Shown here piece after piece: positions 53,242 through 64,000 of a stretch of 64,000 nucleotides of DNA (position 1 is the stretch's first letter; every line of letters begins with the position of its first letter). Both the position numbers and the translations under genes were made by a program. Source of the DNA: Endomicrobiales bacterium (GTDB lineage: Bacteria > Elusimicrobiota > Endomicrobiia > Endomicrobiales > CAWCFT01); the NCBI GenBank assembly GCA_963794945.1, contig CAWCFT010000005.1, positions 51,970 through 115,969 of the forward strand. The letters are read 5' to 3'. The notes under the pieces were generated by a model. The model was not told where the DNA came from, ran no database searches, and saw only the letters and a program-made list of their open reading frames with translations.

Positions 53242-53877
53242 CTATTTAAGTCCTCTCGCTGCTCGTATGAATTTATTAAGTTTATCGTAATCTTTTCTTC
53301 TCTCAAGCCTTTCTACGCCGCTTGCTGCGTCTACTGCGAAAGGCTGAGTTTTAAGTATCGCTTCTGTCAGGTTATCGGGTGTAAGCCCGCCGGCGAGGAA
53401 CACAGGCTTGCCTAATTCCTTCGCTTTCACAGCAAGATCCCAGTTGAACACCTCGCCAGTCCCGCCGGGTTCACCGGGGACATAAGCGTCTAACAAAAAG
53501 TAGCTGACGCTCTCGACATACGGGGCCATTGCTTCTATGCTTTTCTCATCATAAACCCGTATCGCTTTTATTACAGGCAGGCCGGTCGCCTGAGCTGCCG
53601 CAGCACAATACTCCGGCGTTTCAGAACCGTGAAGCTGTATGTATTTAAGAGGCACCTTTTTAGCGGTTTTTACGAGCTCTTCCATGACTTCGTCAACGAA
53701 TACACCCACAGTGGATACGAACGGTGGCATCTTTGAGACTATCTCCTTGGCATTCTTGACCAAGACTTTCCTCGGGCTTTCCTTATAAAAATTAAGCCCT
53801 ATGAAATCCGCGCCCAGATTCGCCGCAAGCAGAGCGTCGTCAAAATTCGTTATGCCGCATATTTTCACTTTAACCAT
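53242..53877 (-). CDS. trpF: Phosphoribosylanthranilate isomerase
   Basis: KICGIT, QLHG, GGTG, LAGGL, SGVE. Confidence 0.95.
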   Translation of the reverse strand: MVKVKICGITNFDDALLAANLGADFIGLNFYKESPRKVLVKNAKEIVSKMPPFVSTVGVFVDEVMEELVKTAKKVPLKYIQLHGSETPEYCAAAAQATGLPVIKAIRVYDEKSIEAMAPYVESVSYFLLDAYVPGEPGGTGEVFNWDLAVKAKELGKPVFLAGGLTPDNLTEAILKTQPFAVDAASGVERLERRKDYDKLNKFIRAARGLK

Positions 53878-54649
53878 TTATTAGTTCCTTTAGCGCCGCC
53901 TCGATGTTATTACCGCGCATCAGAGTCTCTCCTACTAAAAAGTTGTTGACACTTTTAGTCGCAAACCTTTCGATGTCGCCGAATGTTTTAATGCCGCTCT
54001 CTATAACAATCTTTTTATCTTCGGGTATATTTGAAATAAGCTTCAGGGCCGTTTCAAAATTTACCGACAAGTCTTTTAGGTTCCTGTTATTAATACCTAT
54101 CACCTCTGCCCCCGACTTCAGAGCTTTTTCCAGGTCTCGCTCATCATGGACCTCTACAAGCGGGCAAAGGCCAATGGTTTTCGCAGTCTTGTAAAGTATT
54201 TCCAGCTCGTCTCCATGAAGCATCGTCGCTATCAGCAAAGCAGCATCAGCTCCGAATGCGGCGGCTTCGTAAAGCTGGTAAGGGTCAAAAATAAAATCCT
54301 TGCAAAGAACCGGTAGCGGGGAATTATCCCTGACTACCCCAAGGTACGCGAGATCGCCCTTAAAATATTCTTCTTCCGTAAGCACTGAAATAGCCGCCGC
54401 TCCGCCGGCGGTGTATGCCCTTGCGATTACAGCCGGATTGAAATCTTTCCGGATTATACCTGCCGAAGGGCTCGCCTGCTTTATCTCGGCTATAATATTT
54501 ATGCCCTGTTTGTTCTCCAGCGCTTGTTTAAAATCCCGCCTACTGGAAGCATTCGCTCTTTTTTCAAGCTCGGCCAACGACACCCTTTTCTTTCTGGCGC
54601 TGATGGTCTTCATTTTCTTCTGTACTATTTCTTCAAGTATGTCATTCAT
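53870..54649 (-). CDS. trpC: Indole-3-glycerol phosphate synthase
   Basis: IAEIKQASPS, KDFI, GINNRNL, ESGI. Confidence 0.95.
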   Translation of the reverse strand: MNDILEEIVQKKMKTISARKKRVSLAELEKRANASSRRDFKQALENKQGINIIAEIKQASPSAGIIRKDFNPAVIARAYTAGGAAAISVLTEEEYFKGDLAYLGVVRDNSPLPVLCKDFIFDPYQLYEAAAFGADAALLIATMLHGDELEILYKTAKTIGLCPLVEVHDERDLEKALKSGAEVIGINNRNLKDLSVNFETALKLISNIPEDKKIVIESGIKTFGDIERFATKSVNNFLVGETLMRGNNIEAALKELING

Positions 54650-55692
54650 TTGTGATCTTGATGAGAAGTTCAAGCTTCTCTTTTGCCTTGCCCGAGTCTA
54701 TGGCTTCGCCTGCCAGCTTCAGCCCTTGCTGGATATCCTTTGCCTTTCCTCCGACAAAAAGGCCGGCAGCAGCGTTCAGCAGGACTATGTCGCGTTTAGG
54801 CCCAGCTTCTCCACTCAGTATCTTCCGTATTATGATAGCGTTCTCAACGGCAGTCCCACCTTTAATGTCCAATAAAAAAGATCTTTTGATGCCGTAATCG
54901 TCCGGGTTGATCTTGAATGTTCTGACCTTATCATCGCTTAACTCGGCAACCAGAGTGTCGGAGCTGATAGATATCTCATCCAGGCCATCCTCTCCGTGTA
55001 CCACCCATGCTTTCCTGGATCCGAGATTCTTCAATACTTTAGCCATGACTTCCACAAGCTTTTCATCGTAAACACCCAGCACCTGAGCCGTTGCGTCTGC
55101 CGGATTCGTTAAAGGGCCAAGAAGATTGAATATGGTCCTTATGCCTATCTGCCTGCGGGGGCCGATCGCGAACTTCATTGCCCCGTGCAGCGAAGGTGCG
55201 AAAAGAAAACCTATACCTATCTTCGAGAGGCATTCCTCAACTTTTTCAGGAGTCACATTGAGGTTCACACCCAGCGCTTCCAGGACGTTCTGCGCTTCCG
55301 CAGGCGCTCGACACCGAGCGGTTTCCGTGCTTTGCCACTCTTAAGCCGCACGCGCACACCACAAATGCCGTAGCGGTAGAGACGTTGAACGTATTCGTTC
55401 CGTCGCCGCCTGTGCCGCAAGTGTCTATTACTGTTTCGTCGTCTTCGTTTATGTCTTCCCTGTCGATATCGACAAGCGACCTGACCCTTATAGGCGTCGC
55501 GAACTTTTTCATAACCTTCGCGCAACCAGTGATCTCGTCCGAAGTCTCGCCTTTCATGCGCAGTGCTGTTATGAACGAAGCTATCTGCGCCTCTGTAGCC
55601 TCGCCGGTCATAATCTCGGTCATGGCCTGGGCCGCTTCTGTTTCGGTGAGGTTCTGAAGCCTGACAATCTTGCTTATGGAATCCTTTATCAT
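54642..55692 (-). CDS. trpD: Anthranilate phosphoribosyltransferase; one frameshift
   Basis: [18 protein letters not shown]; correcting 55287-55292 gives [23 protein letters not shown]. Confidence 0.93.
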
Positions 55693-56264
55693 TTCCCTAC
55701 CCTCATAGAGACAAACTTTTTCAATATCTTTTTTCCTTCTGAAGTCAGTATGGATTCCGGGTGAAATTGGACACCTTCCACCGGGTACACCTTGTGGCGC
55801 AGCCCCATTATCTCGCCCTCTTTTGTCCATGCAGATATTTGCAGCTCGCCCGGAAGCGACTCGCGTTCAACTATAAGCGAATGGTACCTGGTAGCGTCAA
55901 AAGGGTTAGGCAACCCTTTGAATATTGTTTTGCCATCGTGGTATATTGCCGACACCTTGCCGTGCATCAAGTTCTTTGCGCGGACAACTTTCCCCCCGAA
56001 CGCCTCTCCGATGCACTGGTGGCCAAGACAAACACCGAGTATGGGTATCTTACCCGCGAACGTCTTTATGGTTTCGATGCACACTCCGGCCTGCGCCGGG
56101 TTTCCTGGTCCGGGCGAAATAAGTATAGCGTCAGGGTCTAGGCCCGCGATCTGTTTTGTTGTGATCTGGTCGTTGCGGAAAACCCTGATGTTCTTTTCCC
56201 ACTCTCCGAGATATTGGACTATATTGTAAACGAATGAGTCGTAGTTGTCTATTACCAGTATCAT
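55689..56264 (-). CDS. trpG: Anthranilate synthase component II
   Basis: IDNYDSF, SPGPG, GVCLGHQ, QFHPES. Confidence 0.93.
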   Translation of the reverse strand: MILVIDNYDSFVYNIVQYLGEWEKNIRVFRNDQITTKQIAGLDPDAILISPGPGNPAQAGVCIETIKTFAGKIPILGVCLGHQCIGEAFGGKVVRAKNLMHGKVSAIYHDGKTIFKGLPNPFDATRYHSLIVERESLPGELQISAWTKEGEIMGLRHKVYPVEGVQFHPESILTSEGKKILKKFVSMRVGK

Positions 56265-57742
56265 AACGAATCCTTTTCCGCCTTATCGATCGCGGTAAAA
56301 AGCGCCTGTGCCTTGTTCTTCGATTCAGCGTGCTCGCGTTTTGGAACGGAATCCGCTACCAGCCCCGCACCCGCCTGAACGTACGCGGTCTTATCCTTAA
56401 GGATGATGGTCCTTATGGTTATAGCCATATCCATATTTCCGGAATAAGAAAAATAGCCTATAGCGCCGGCGTAAGGGCCCCGTGCCGTCGGCTCAAGTTC
56501 ATCGATTATCTGCATGGCCCTGACTTTCGGCGCGCCGGAAACTGTTCCTGCCGGGAAACAGGCCTTAAAAAGGGCAAAAGAATCAAGCCCAGGCTTAAGC
56601 TTTCCTGTAACTGACGACACTATGTGCATCAGGTGCGAGTATTTCTCTATTATCATGAATTGAGGCACCGCTACGCTGGCTGACTCGCAAACTCTAGCGA
56701 GGTCATTGCGTCCCAGGTCAACCAACATGACGTGTTCTGCCCTCTCTTTTTCGTCCGCCAGCAGGGTTTTCTCAAGGCTCGCGTCTTCAGAAGCATCTTT
56801 TCCCCTCTTTATAGTCCCGGCTATCGGCCGAGTCTCGGCTGAGAGGTCCTCTTTCCTTACTAGTATCTCTGGAGACGTGCCGACTATCTCAAAATCGTCC
56901 ATTTGAAGGTAATACATATAAGGCGACGGGTTAATGAGCCTGAGGTTTCTGTATATATCAAAAGCAGGGACGTTTGTCTTTCTCGAGAACCTTTGAGATA
57001 TAACGCCCTGGACTATGTCTCCCGCTCGAATATACTCTTTTGTCTTCTCAACTTTCTTACAGTACTCAGCGGGCGTCATGTTGGATTCTATCTTGCCGTG
57101 CGTCTTGCGGCCACTCATCTTTTTTAATTGTAATGGCAATTTTAGCTTCGAGACTATAGAGTCTATCTCTTTTTCAGCTCTCGTATAAGCCTTTTTCCTG
57201 TCTTTAGAGTCTTTGGGATTAACACAAATGACTATCTTAAGTGTGTGGTTAAGGTGATCGAATATAACCAATCTATCAGTTATCAGGAATATAGAGTCCG
57301 GCAGTTCCAGCGTGTCTTTAGGCTTATCCGGAAGGTTCTCAAAAAACCTCACCATGTCGTAGGACACGTAGCCAACGGCTCCGCCCCAGAACCTCGGCAG
57401 GCCGTCTATCTCCACGGGTTTAAAGGCCGCCATGATGTTCTTGAGCTCCTGCATGGGATCCGAAGTCTTCTTCCACAGCTCTTTTTGACCGGGCGCCGAG
57501 GCACTGAAACTTCCGCCCTTCGAACGGAAGATTATTTTTGGTGCCCATGAAATAAAAGAATACCTTCCCCAGCGCTCGCCGCCTTCTACGCTCTCGAGAA
57601 GATACGAATATTTCTCTTTTGACGCAAGTTTGATGAAAGTGGAGACCGGGGTTTCAAGATCAGCTATGATCTCCCTGTAGACAGGAATGACATTGCCCTT
57701 TTGAACCAGCTTATTGAATGTTTTATAATCCGGTTTTAGCAT
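56261..57742 (-). CDS. trpE: Anthranilate synthase component I
   Basis: [33 protein letters not shown]. Confidence 0.95.
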   Translation of the reverse strand: MLKPDYKTFNKLVQKGNVIPVYREIIADLETPVSTFIKLASKEKYSYLLESVEGGERWGRYSFISWAPKIIFRSKGGSFSASAPGQKELWKKTSDPMQELKNIMAAFKPVEIDGLPRFWGGAVGYVSYDMVRFFENLPDKPKDTLELPDSIFLITDRLVIFDHLNHTLKIVICVNPKDSKDRKKAYTRAEKEIDSIVSKLKLPLQLKKMSGRKTHGKIESNMTPAEYCKKVEKTKEYIRAGDIVQGVISQRFSRKTNVPAFDIYRNLRLINPSPYMYYLQMDDFEIVGTSPEILVRKEDLSAETRPIAGTIKRGKDASEDASLEKTLLADEKERAEHVMLVDLGRNDLARVCESASVAVPQFMIIEKYSHLMHIVSSVTGKLKPGLDSFALFKACFPAGTVSGAPKVRAMQIIDELEPTARGPYAGAIGYFSYSGNMDMAITIRTIILKDKTAYVQAGAGLVADSVPKREHAESKNKAQALFTAIDKAEKDSL

Positions 57743-57764
57743 AATATTCCCTAAATGCTGTTAT

Positions 57765-58277
57765 CTAAAAAAAACTAATGATTCTTCCTTTAACTTTCTC
57801 AACAGGAACGAAATAAATATGATCGCCTGTCGTCTTATCTTTCCAGTCCCTGCTGTCACCCGATTCGTCGCGGTTATCACCCATCACAAAAACCGTGCCG
57901 GCCGGCACATCAAGCGGGCCAAGATTGTCGCCAACAAGCAACTCGGTGCTCCGCGTGTGCTTGACGTACTTTTCGTCAAGCTCGCCGCCGTTAACAAAGA
58001 CTTTCTTATTACGTATTTCCAGGCTGTCGCCGCCGACACCTATGATCCTTTTTATAAGGTCCTTGCCTGGATCCACCGGTGACGGAAAAACAACGATATC
58101 TCCGCGTTTGAGCTTTGCAAAACGCACCGTAAGCTTATCGAGGAAGAAGTTCGCCCCCACTGGGAGCGTCGGCTCCATAGAAGCCGAGGCGACATATATT
58201 CCCTCAATCAAAAAAGTTCGGGATATAATTGCCGCGCCTGCGGCTATAAAGAACAAAAATATCAAACGCCTGATCAT
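57765..58277 (-). CDS. lepB: Signal peptidase I
   Basis: [30 protein letters not shown]. Confidence 0.92.
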   Translation of the reverse strand: MIRRLIFLFFIAAGAAIISRTFLIEGIYVASASMEPTLPVGANFFLDKLTVRFAKLKRGDIVVFPSPVDPGKDLIKRIIGVGGDSLEIRNKKVFVNGGELDEKYVKHTRSTELLVGDNLGPLDVPAGTVFVMGDNRDESGDSRDWKDKTTGDHIYFVPVEKVKGRIISFF

Positions 58278-58657
58278 TTATAGACTTTTGACGGGTCGAA
58301 CAATCTCTTGCCTTTGACAGTCACCTTGCCTTCCGGTGACACCTTTCTGTAAAAACAGCTCCGGAAACCAGTGTGGCAGGCTGCACCGCCTATCTGATCC
58401 ACCTTGACAAGCAGGCAGTCGCCGTCACAGTCAAAATAAAATTCCTTTAATTTCTGCACGTTGCCAGAGCTTTCGCCTTTTACCCAGAACTTCTGGCGGG
58501 AGCGGCTCCAGAAAGTCGCCTTCTTTGTTTTCAGCGTTCTCTTGACCGCTTCCTTGTTCATATAGGCGACCATAAGAACGGCGCCGTCTTTATAGTCCTG
58601 CACCACGCAAGGTATCAGGCCGTTGGAATCGAATTTTAGTTCTTTTATGAATTTCAT
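58274..58657 (-). CDS. hisI: Phosphoribosyl-AMP cyclohydrolase
   Basis: WSRSR, KGESSG, DCDGD, ACHTG..SCF. Confidence 0.95.
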   Translation of the reverse strand: MKFIKELKFDSNGLIPCVVQDYKDGAVLMVAYMNKEAVKRTLKTKKATFWSRSRQKFWVKGESSGNVQKLKEFYFDCDGDCLLVKVDQIGGAACHTGFRSCFYRKVSPEGKVTVKGKRLFDPSKVYK

Positions 58658-58668
58658 TTGCTCTCCAG

Positions 58669-59427
58669 TTATACCCTGACAGGAACGCCGTTCCTCTTGA
58701 GATATTTTTTTAGTTTCATTATTGACAGTTCGCGGTAATGGAAAAGCGATGCCGCCAGCACCGCCGAGGCGCCAGCTTTGTATGCATCTTTAAAATGTCT
58801 CTCTTTGCCCGCGCCGCCTGATGCGATCACCGGTATGCCTATTGCGCCCGACACCGCCTTGGTAAGTTCGATGTCGTAACCGTTCTTTATCCCGTCACAG
58901 TCCATTGACGTAAGCAGTATCTCGCCCGCGCCCAGGCTCTCAGCTTTTTTGGCCCACTTTACGGCGTCTAACTTCGTCTCTTTTCTTCCGCCGTGAGTGT
59001 AGACCTTCCACGTCTTTTTGCCGGGCACCATTTTGGCATCTATTGCGACCACAATGCACTGGCTGCCGAATTTTTTGCTGGCTCTTTTTATAAGTCCTGG
59101 ATCTAAAATTGCCGATGTGTTAAGCGATATCTTGTCAGCGCCTGCTTTCAAAAGACAGCGTATGTCTTCCAGCGTCCTAATGCCACCGCCTACAGTCAGC
59201 GGGATGAACGCCTTCTCGGCTGTTTTTCTCACAACCTCGAGCATTATGGGGCGCTCCTGGGCGGAAGCAGTTATATCCAGGAACACCAGCTCGTCAGCGC
59301 CTTCGGCGTTGTATCTGGCCGCGACTTCCACCGGGTCGCCTGCGTCCCGAAGTTTTAAAAATTTTGTGCCTTTTACAACCCTGCCGGCGTCTACGTCCAG
59401 GCAGGGTATTATCCTTATTGCTAACAT
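58669..59427 (-). CDS. hisF: Imidazole glycerol phosphate synthase, cyclase subunit
   Basis: [28 protein letters not shown]. Confidence 0.96.
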   Translation of the reverse strand: MLAIRIIPCLDVDAGRVVKGTKFLKLRDAGDPVEVAARYNAEGADELVFLDITASAQERPIMLEVVRKTAEKAFIPLTVGGGIRTLEDIRCLLKAGADKISLNTSAILDPGLIKRASKKFGSQCIVVAIDAKMVPGKKTWKVYTHGGRKETKLDAVKWAKKAESLGAGEILLTSMDCDGIKNGYDIELTKAVSGAIGIPVIASGGAGKERHFKDAYKAGASAVLAASLFHYRELSIMKLKKYLKRNGVPVRV

Positions 59428-60161
59428 TAGATTTCCTGTGGGCCAGCTATCTTTATCGCCTCTTCGAGCTTAACGTCTTCAGTGTAAAGGGCTTTGCCTA
59501 TTATGATACCGTTAACACCGAAATCCCTGAGCTCCATAAGGTTCTTTACGTCGTCTAACTTTGAAACACCGCCTGAAGCAATGATCTTTATACCGGCCTT
59601 GGAAGATATATCCCTTAAGCCGCTTATATTCGGGCCTTCGAGTGTTCCGTCTTTTTTTATATCCGTAATGATTATTTCCTTAACTCCCATCTCTTTGATT
59701 TTGTTTATAAGGTCCAGCGCGTCAACCGGGGTAATATCCTTCCAGCCTCCGATAGCCACCTTGTTATCCTTGACGTCGACCGCTACTACTATGCGGTCAC
59801 CGTATTTGTCTACGGCCTGCCTTAGGATATCGGGATTGTAAATTGCCAGTGTGCCAACTATTACATAGTTGATGCCAGCCTCAAATAAACCGTCTATGGT
59901 TTTGAGGCTGCGTATGCCGCCGCCCACCTGGATCGGTATGTCGACGGCTTTTCTTATGTTCCTTATCACTTCTGCATTGTTGCTCATTCCTTGAAAAGCG
60001 CCGTCTAGATCAACCACGTGCAGCCTGGCCGCCCCCTTGGCCTGCCATATCTTTGAGATGAAAACCGGGTCCTTGGAATAGATCGTTTCCGCTTCTATCT
60101 TTCCTTGTGTCAACATCACGCAGTTTCCGCCGCGTATGTCTACGGCAGGTATAATAAGCAT
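59427..60161 (-). CDS. hisA: ProFAR isomerase
   Basis: [29 protein letters not shown]. Confidence 0.95.
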   Translation of the reverse strand: MLIIPAVDIRGGNCVMLTQGKIEAETIYSKDPVFISKIWQAKGAARLHVVDLDGAFQGMSNNAEVIRNIRKAVDIPIQVGGGIRSLKTIDGLFEAGINYVIVGTLAIYNPDILRQAVDKYGDRIVVAVDVKDNKVAIGGWKDITPVDALDLINKIKEMGVKEIIITDIKKDGTLEGPNISGLRDISSKAGIKIIASGGVSKLDDVKNLMELRDFGVNGIIIGKALYTEDVKLEEAIKIAGPQEI

Positions 60162-60233
60162 TTTTACTCCCTTTTGTCAGATAACTGGAGAATAGATAGC
60201 CAAACTAGTTTCGGCTTTTCTATACTCTCTTCC

Positions 60234-60879
60234 TTACTTTGCCGTTTCAGCCACAAAATTCCTAAGCAGTTTTATGCCTGTGTTACCGCTCTTCTCGGGA
60301 TGGAACTGGCAAGCCCATATATTATCTTTGATCACTGCCGCGCAAAAATCGCCGCCGTAATTCGCAGTCGCGGCTATCATCTTCTTGTCTTCGGGCACTG
60401 CGTAATATGAATGAACAAAATAGAAATATGAATTATTGGGTATACCCTTGAACATTTCCTTTGATCCCAAGTTGACAGAACACCCTGTTCCAGCCCATGT
60501 GAGGTACTTTGAGAGCCCTTTTAAGTTTCGGGTTCTTGGAAAAATCGAACTTTAGCACTTTCCCCGCTATCAGATCGAATCCCTTAAATTTACCTTCTTC
60601 TTCGCTTTCAGAGAAAAGGAACTGGAAACCAAGGCACAATCCGAGGTATGGTTTGCCGGAGCTTACAGACTCCTTTACTGTCTTATCGAGGCCTTTACTC
60701 CTGAGATATTTTATAGCCGGTCCGAACGACCCAACGCCTGGCAAAACCAGCGCCCGCGACTTTCGAATGATGCTTTTATCGGATGTGACAGTGACATCTG
60801 CGCCAGCGAGCTCGAGCGCTTTGCCAACACTCCTGAGATTTCCCATACCGTAATCTATTAACGCTATCTTAGGTTTCAT
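60234..60879 (-). CDS. hisH: Imidazole glycerol phosphate synthase, amidotransferase subunit; one frameshift
   Basis: DYGMGNL, PGVG, CLG, PHMGWN; YFVHSY, QFHPEKS; junction at 60476-60481. Confidence 0.93.
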
Positions 60880-60894
60880 ATTGTAAAGAATACT

Positions 60895-61483
60895 TTAAAG
60901 CCTGCCTTTTGTCGACGGAATACCTTTTTGATTCTTATTGATAGCAACTGCCTGTTCTGAGCGCCCTGCCGAAACCCTTGAACATCGATTCGGCGATATG
61001 GTGGTTGTTTGAACCTGCTTTCTGCTTGATGTGCAGCGTTACGCCTGAGTTTATTACTACAGCGTAAAAAAACTCTTTCAAAAGCCCGAAATCGAAACCT
61101 TCTTTCTTGTGTTTAAAATCTGCTTTAAACTCTAAGTAAGGGCGCCCCGATATATCTATAGCAACATAAGAAAGCGCCTCATCCATCGGAAGCAGAAAAT
61201 TGCCGTAACGGTTGATACCCTGCTTGTCTCCAATGGCCTTCTTGAGGGCCTGGCCAATGGTAATGCCTAGATCTTCCACAAGATGATGGTCATCTATCTC
61301 GGTATCGCCTTTGGCTGATATATTTAATGAAACCGCGGCGTGGTGAGCGAATAGAGAAAGCATGTGGTCCATGAAGGCTATAGTGGTTTCTATCTTGACT
61401 GGCAGCGCTTTATCAAGATTTAGTGAAACCGAAACATTTGTCTCATTGGTCTTTCTTAAAATGCTGGCGGCTCTTTTTTTCAT
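60895..61483 (-). CDS. hisB: Imidazoleglycerol-phosphate dehydratase; 3' frameshift
   Basis: RKTNET, DHML, DDHHLVED, PMDE, NNHHIAE; correcting 60954-60959 gives ALRQAV...GIPSTKGRL*. Confidence 0.93.
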
Positions 61484-61499
61484 TTGTTCCCCGTTAAAA

Positions 61500-61706
61500 T
61501 TAGTGGCAGAACCCGCTGGAACCTGTATCGAGAATATCAACTTCCTTAAGGTCGCATTTCCTAAGCGCCGATTCAAGTTTTTCAAGAAGCGTTATCTCTT
61601 CCATAGAATAAAGCTGGGACGGCTTGAAAAACATATCGTCCGAAGCCGATTCCGAAAGTATTGCTATCATAAGCTCTATATCTCTGGCAGTTAAGTCAAT
61701 TTTCAT
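61500..61706 (-). CDS. Small acidic hypothetical protein (68 aa)
   Basis: ATG overlaps the hisD 3' end and the ORF fills the hisD-hisB gap. Confidence 0.55.
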   Translation of the reverse strand: MKIDLTARDIELMIAILSESASDDMFFKPSQLYSMEEITLLEKLESALRKCDLKEVDILDTGSSGFCH

Positions 61707-62904
61707 TTTGTTTCTCCCTGATTTCAATGGATTTACGGTGCTGTATCAAGCCTTCTGCCGCTGCTATATCCTTTATAAATTTGGCGCCTCTTAGAAACGA
61801 TCTCTTTGATAACTCTATATAACTCGTGCGTTTAAGAAAGGTTGAGACTGACACGCCGCTAGAAAACCTGGCCGCCCGTCCGGTTGGCAGGGTGTGAGAA
61901 GGCCCGGCCCAGTAATCGCCCGCCGCTACCGGCGAATAGTTGCCTATGAATACCGCTCCGGCGTTCTTTATTTTAGCAGCTGTCTTCCTTGCGTTCTTTA
62001 TTGCTATCTCAAGGTGTTCAGGTGCCAGTGCGTTGACCAGCTCAACAGCTTTGGGGATGCTGCACTTAACCGCTTTTATTTGCTTTTTATCAGCCTTGCC
62101 GTACAAAGCGTTGTTGACACCCCTGAACAACCTAAGAGAATCGGTATAAAAATAGGCCCTTGCGTCCGGGTCGTGTTCAAGCTGAGAAAGAATATCCTGC
62201 GCGATGAAACTTTCGTTTGCCGTGTCGTCCGCTATAACGGCTATTTCGCTAGGCCCGGCAAGTGAATCTATGCCGGTATTTCCGAAAACCTGGCGTTTCG
62301 CCTCGTTAACGTATTTGTTGCCCGGGCCGACTATTAGGTCGACTTTGGGTACACTTTGAGTCCCAAAAGCAAGCGCGGCAACTGCCCACGGCCCGCCAAC
62401 TCTGTATATCGCGTTTACACCTGAAATTTTGGCCGCATAGATAAGTTCAGGAGTAATATTCTTTGGAGGCGTCACTATAACAATGTTCTTTACACCGGCA
62501 GCCCTGGCGGGTATGGCGGTCATAAGCACTGTTGAAGGATACGAGTAGCGGCCCCCGGGCACATATATTCCGACGCTTTCGACCGGCCTGATATCCTGTC
62601 CGGTAATAGTGCCGTTTTGATTGATCCTCCACGAAAGATCGATGTTCCTAAGTTCAGATAAATGAAATTTTTTGATATTGAGCGCAGATTTGTCAAAAGC
62701 CGCTTTAAGACTGGGTGAAAAACCGTTTAGCAGTATCCCGTCCTTTAGCGCGTTTACCTGTATCTTTCCGGGAGCTAGTTTGATCCCGTCGAACCTTAAA
62801 GTATAGCGCAAAAGGGCCTTATCTCCGCCCAGTTCCACCAACTTCAATATTTTTGAAACATATTCAGGTAATTTCGCGTTTTTCATATCCGTAAAATTAT
62901 ACAA
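61696..62904 (-). CDS. hisD: Histidinol dehydrogenase
   Basis: YVPGG, GPGN.YV, AGPSE, QLEHD, APEHL, GPSHTLPT. Confidence 0.94.
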   Translation of the reverse strand: MYNFTDMKNAKLPEYVSKILKLVELGGDKALLRYTLRFDGIKLAPGKIQVNALKDGILLNGFSPSLKAAFDKSALNIKKFHLSELRNIDLSWRINQNGTITGQDIRPVESVGIYVPGGRYSYPSTVLMTAIPARAAGVKNIVIVTPPKNITPELIYAAKISGVNAIYRVGGPWAVAALAFGTQSVPKVDLIVGPGNKYVNEAKRQVFGNTGIDSLAGPSEIAVIADDTANESFIAQDILSQLEHDPDARAYFYTDSLRLFRGVNNALYGKADKKQIKAVKCSIPKAVELVNALAPEHLEIAIKNARKTAAKIKNAGAVFIGNYSPVAAGDYWAGPSHTLPTGRAARFSSGVSVSTFLKRTSYIELSKRSFLRGAKFIKDIAAAEGLIQHRKSIEIREKQNEN

Positions 62905-62917
62905 AAACTAAGACAAT

Positions 62918-64000
62918 TTAGCAATGAACACGTGTTATTTCAGCCCCGAGTTTCTTGAGCTTCTTTTCCAAGTGTTCATAACCACGGTCAAGGTGATATA
63001 TCCTTAATACCTCAGTTTTCCCTTTTGCCACAAGCCCGGCAAGCACCAGCGCCGCCCCAGCTCTTAGGTCCGAAACCATTATGGGCGCGCCGGAAAGCCC
63101 GCTGACGCCGTTGATCCGCACCTTGTTTTCTTCTATCCGGATATTAGCGCCCAGTCTCTGGAGTTCGCTTACATGCATAAAACGGTTCTCGAAAATAGTT
63201 TCTTCTATTACTGATCTGCCCTGAACTAGGGACATCAGCGCCATCCACTGTGCTTGAACATCCGTTGGGAACCCAGGGTACACGCCAGTTTTTATGTTTA
63301 CCGGCTTTAGGTGCTTTACCCATTTGCAGCATATAGTATCTTTACTCATTTTAACGCTTATGCCAGATCTTATTAGTTTTTCAATGATAATCTTAACATG
63401 CTGCGGATTTACAGCCGTCAGGCAGATATTGCCTTTTGTTATGGCTCCGGCTATGAGATACGTAGCTGCTTCTATCCTGTCAGGTATCACGCTGTGTTGA
63501 AACCCGTTGAGCTTCGTAACGCCTTCCACAGTGATCTTTGACGTGCCCGCGCCTTTGACTTTGGCTCCCATCTTGTTGAGCACGTCTGCGAGGTCCGATA
63601 TCTCAGGCTCCCTGGCTGCGTTCTCTATGACCGTAGTTCCGCTGGCAAGCACGCTCGCGAGCAGGAGATTTTCGGTTGCCCCAACGCTCGGGAATTTAAA
63701 TCGTATGCGCGCGCCGAGCAGGCGCTTGGTTTTTACTTCTACGTAACCGCTTTCCAGTATTATTTCTGAACCCAGCTGTTTGAATCCTTCAAGATGTATG
63801 TCGATCGGCCTTGCCCCTATCGCACAGCCTCCCGGGAGAGAGACCTTTACGTGCCCAAGCCTCGCTAGAAGCGCTCCCATAACCAGAACGCTTGCCCTCA
63901 TTTTGCGAACAAGGTCGTACGGCGCCGAAGACTTGAGTCTTCCGTTCTTCTCTATTACTACCTTGCCGCCGCGTCTTGAGATATTCTTTCGGCGATTGGT
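62918..64000 (-). CDS. murA: UDP-N-acetylglucosamine enolpyruvyl transferase, 3' part (5' end outside the window)
   Basis: MRAS, LPGGCAIGARP, SVGATEN, PGFPTD, DLRAGA, DRGY. Confidence 0.97.
   Translation of the reverse strand, partial: TNRRKNISRRGGKVVIEKNGRLKSSAPYDLVRKMRASVLVMGALLARLGHVKVSLPGGCAIGARPIDIHLEGFKQLGSEIILESGYVEVKTKRLLGARIRFKFPSVGATENLLLASVLASGTTVIENAAREPEISDLADVLNKMGAKVKGAGTSKITVEGVTKLNGFQHSVIPDRIEAATYLIAGAITKGNICLTAVNPQHVKIIIEKLIRSGISVKMSKDTICCKWVKHLKPVNIKTGVYPGFPTDVQAQWMALMSLVQGRSVIEETIFENRFMHVSELQRLGANIRIEENKVRINGVSGLSGAPIMVSDLRAGAALVLAGLVAKGKTEVLRIYHLDRGYEHLEKKLKKLGAEITRVHC

Noticed and set aside
1653..61483. Widespread pseudogenisation / genome decay
   Set aside because: Most breaks are 1-2 nt indels at homopolymers, short repeats or one recurrent motif, with no further decay; sequencing error is more parsimonious.
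796..63746. Numerous plus-strand and nested ORFs in the track
   Set aside because: Antisense or off-frame shadows of clear minus-strand genes with no recognisable motifs; only the IS4 transposase is a credible plus-strand gene.

Overview
A 64 kb bacterial chromosomal segment from an LPS-producing diderm (LptD-like, KdsD, three GT9 domains; Elusimicrobiota-like by impression only). Apart from one IS4 transposase, every real gene is on the minus strand. In transcription order (right to left): murA, a fused his-lepB-trp(+kdsD) operon, accD, folC, a ROK kinase and lptD; then a ~43 kb surface-glycan locus (wzz, nucleotide-sugar enzymes, an EPS-type wHTH regulator with a palindromic operator, a sugar C-methyltransferase, flippases, ~12 glycosyltransferases, two O-antigen ligase/polymerase-like genes, and recA in the middle); and finally metK-ahcY. 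An IS4 with a 9-bp target duplication splits a GT-C-like gene. An IS2-group IS3 element has no target duplication and abuts a 34-codon gene stump. The two most interesting signals are: (1) a four-helix-bundle (IVS/Avd-like) gene bracketed exactly from start to stop codon by inverted heptamer-repeat arms, with ORF-less heptamer hairpins at other intra-operon junctions; (2) 6 of about 12 frameshifts are the same CAGAC->CAGAAC change, probably sequencing errors that reveal a host methylation motif. Most split genes are therefore probably intact in vivo.
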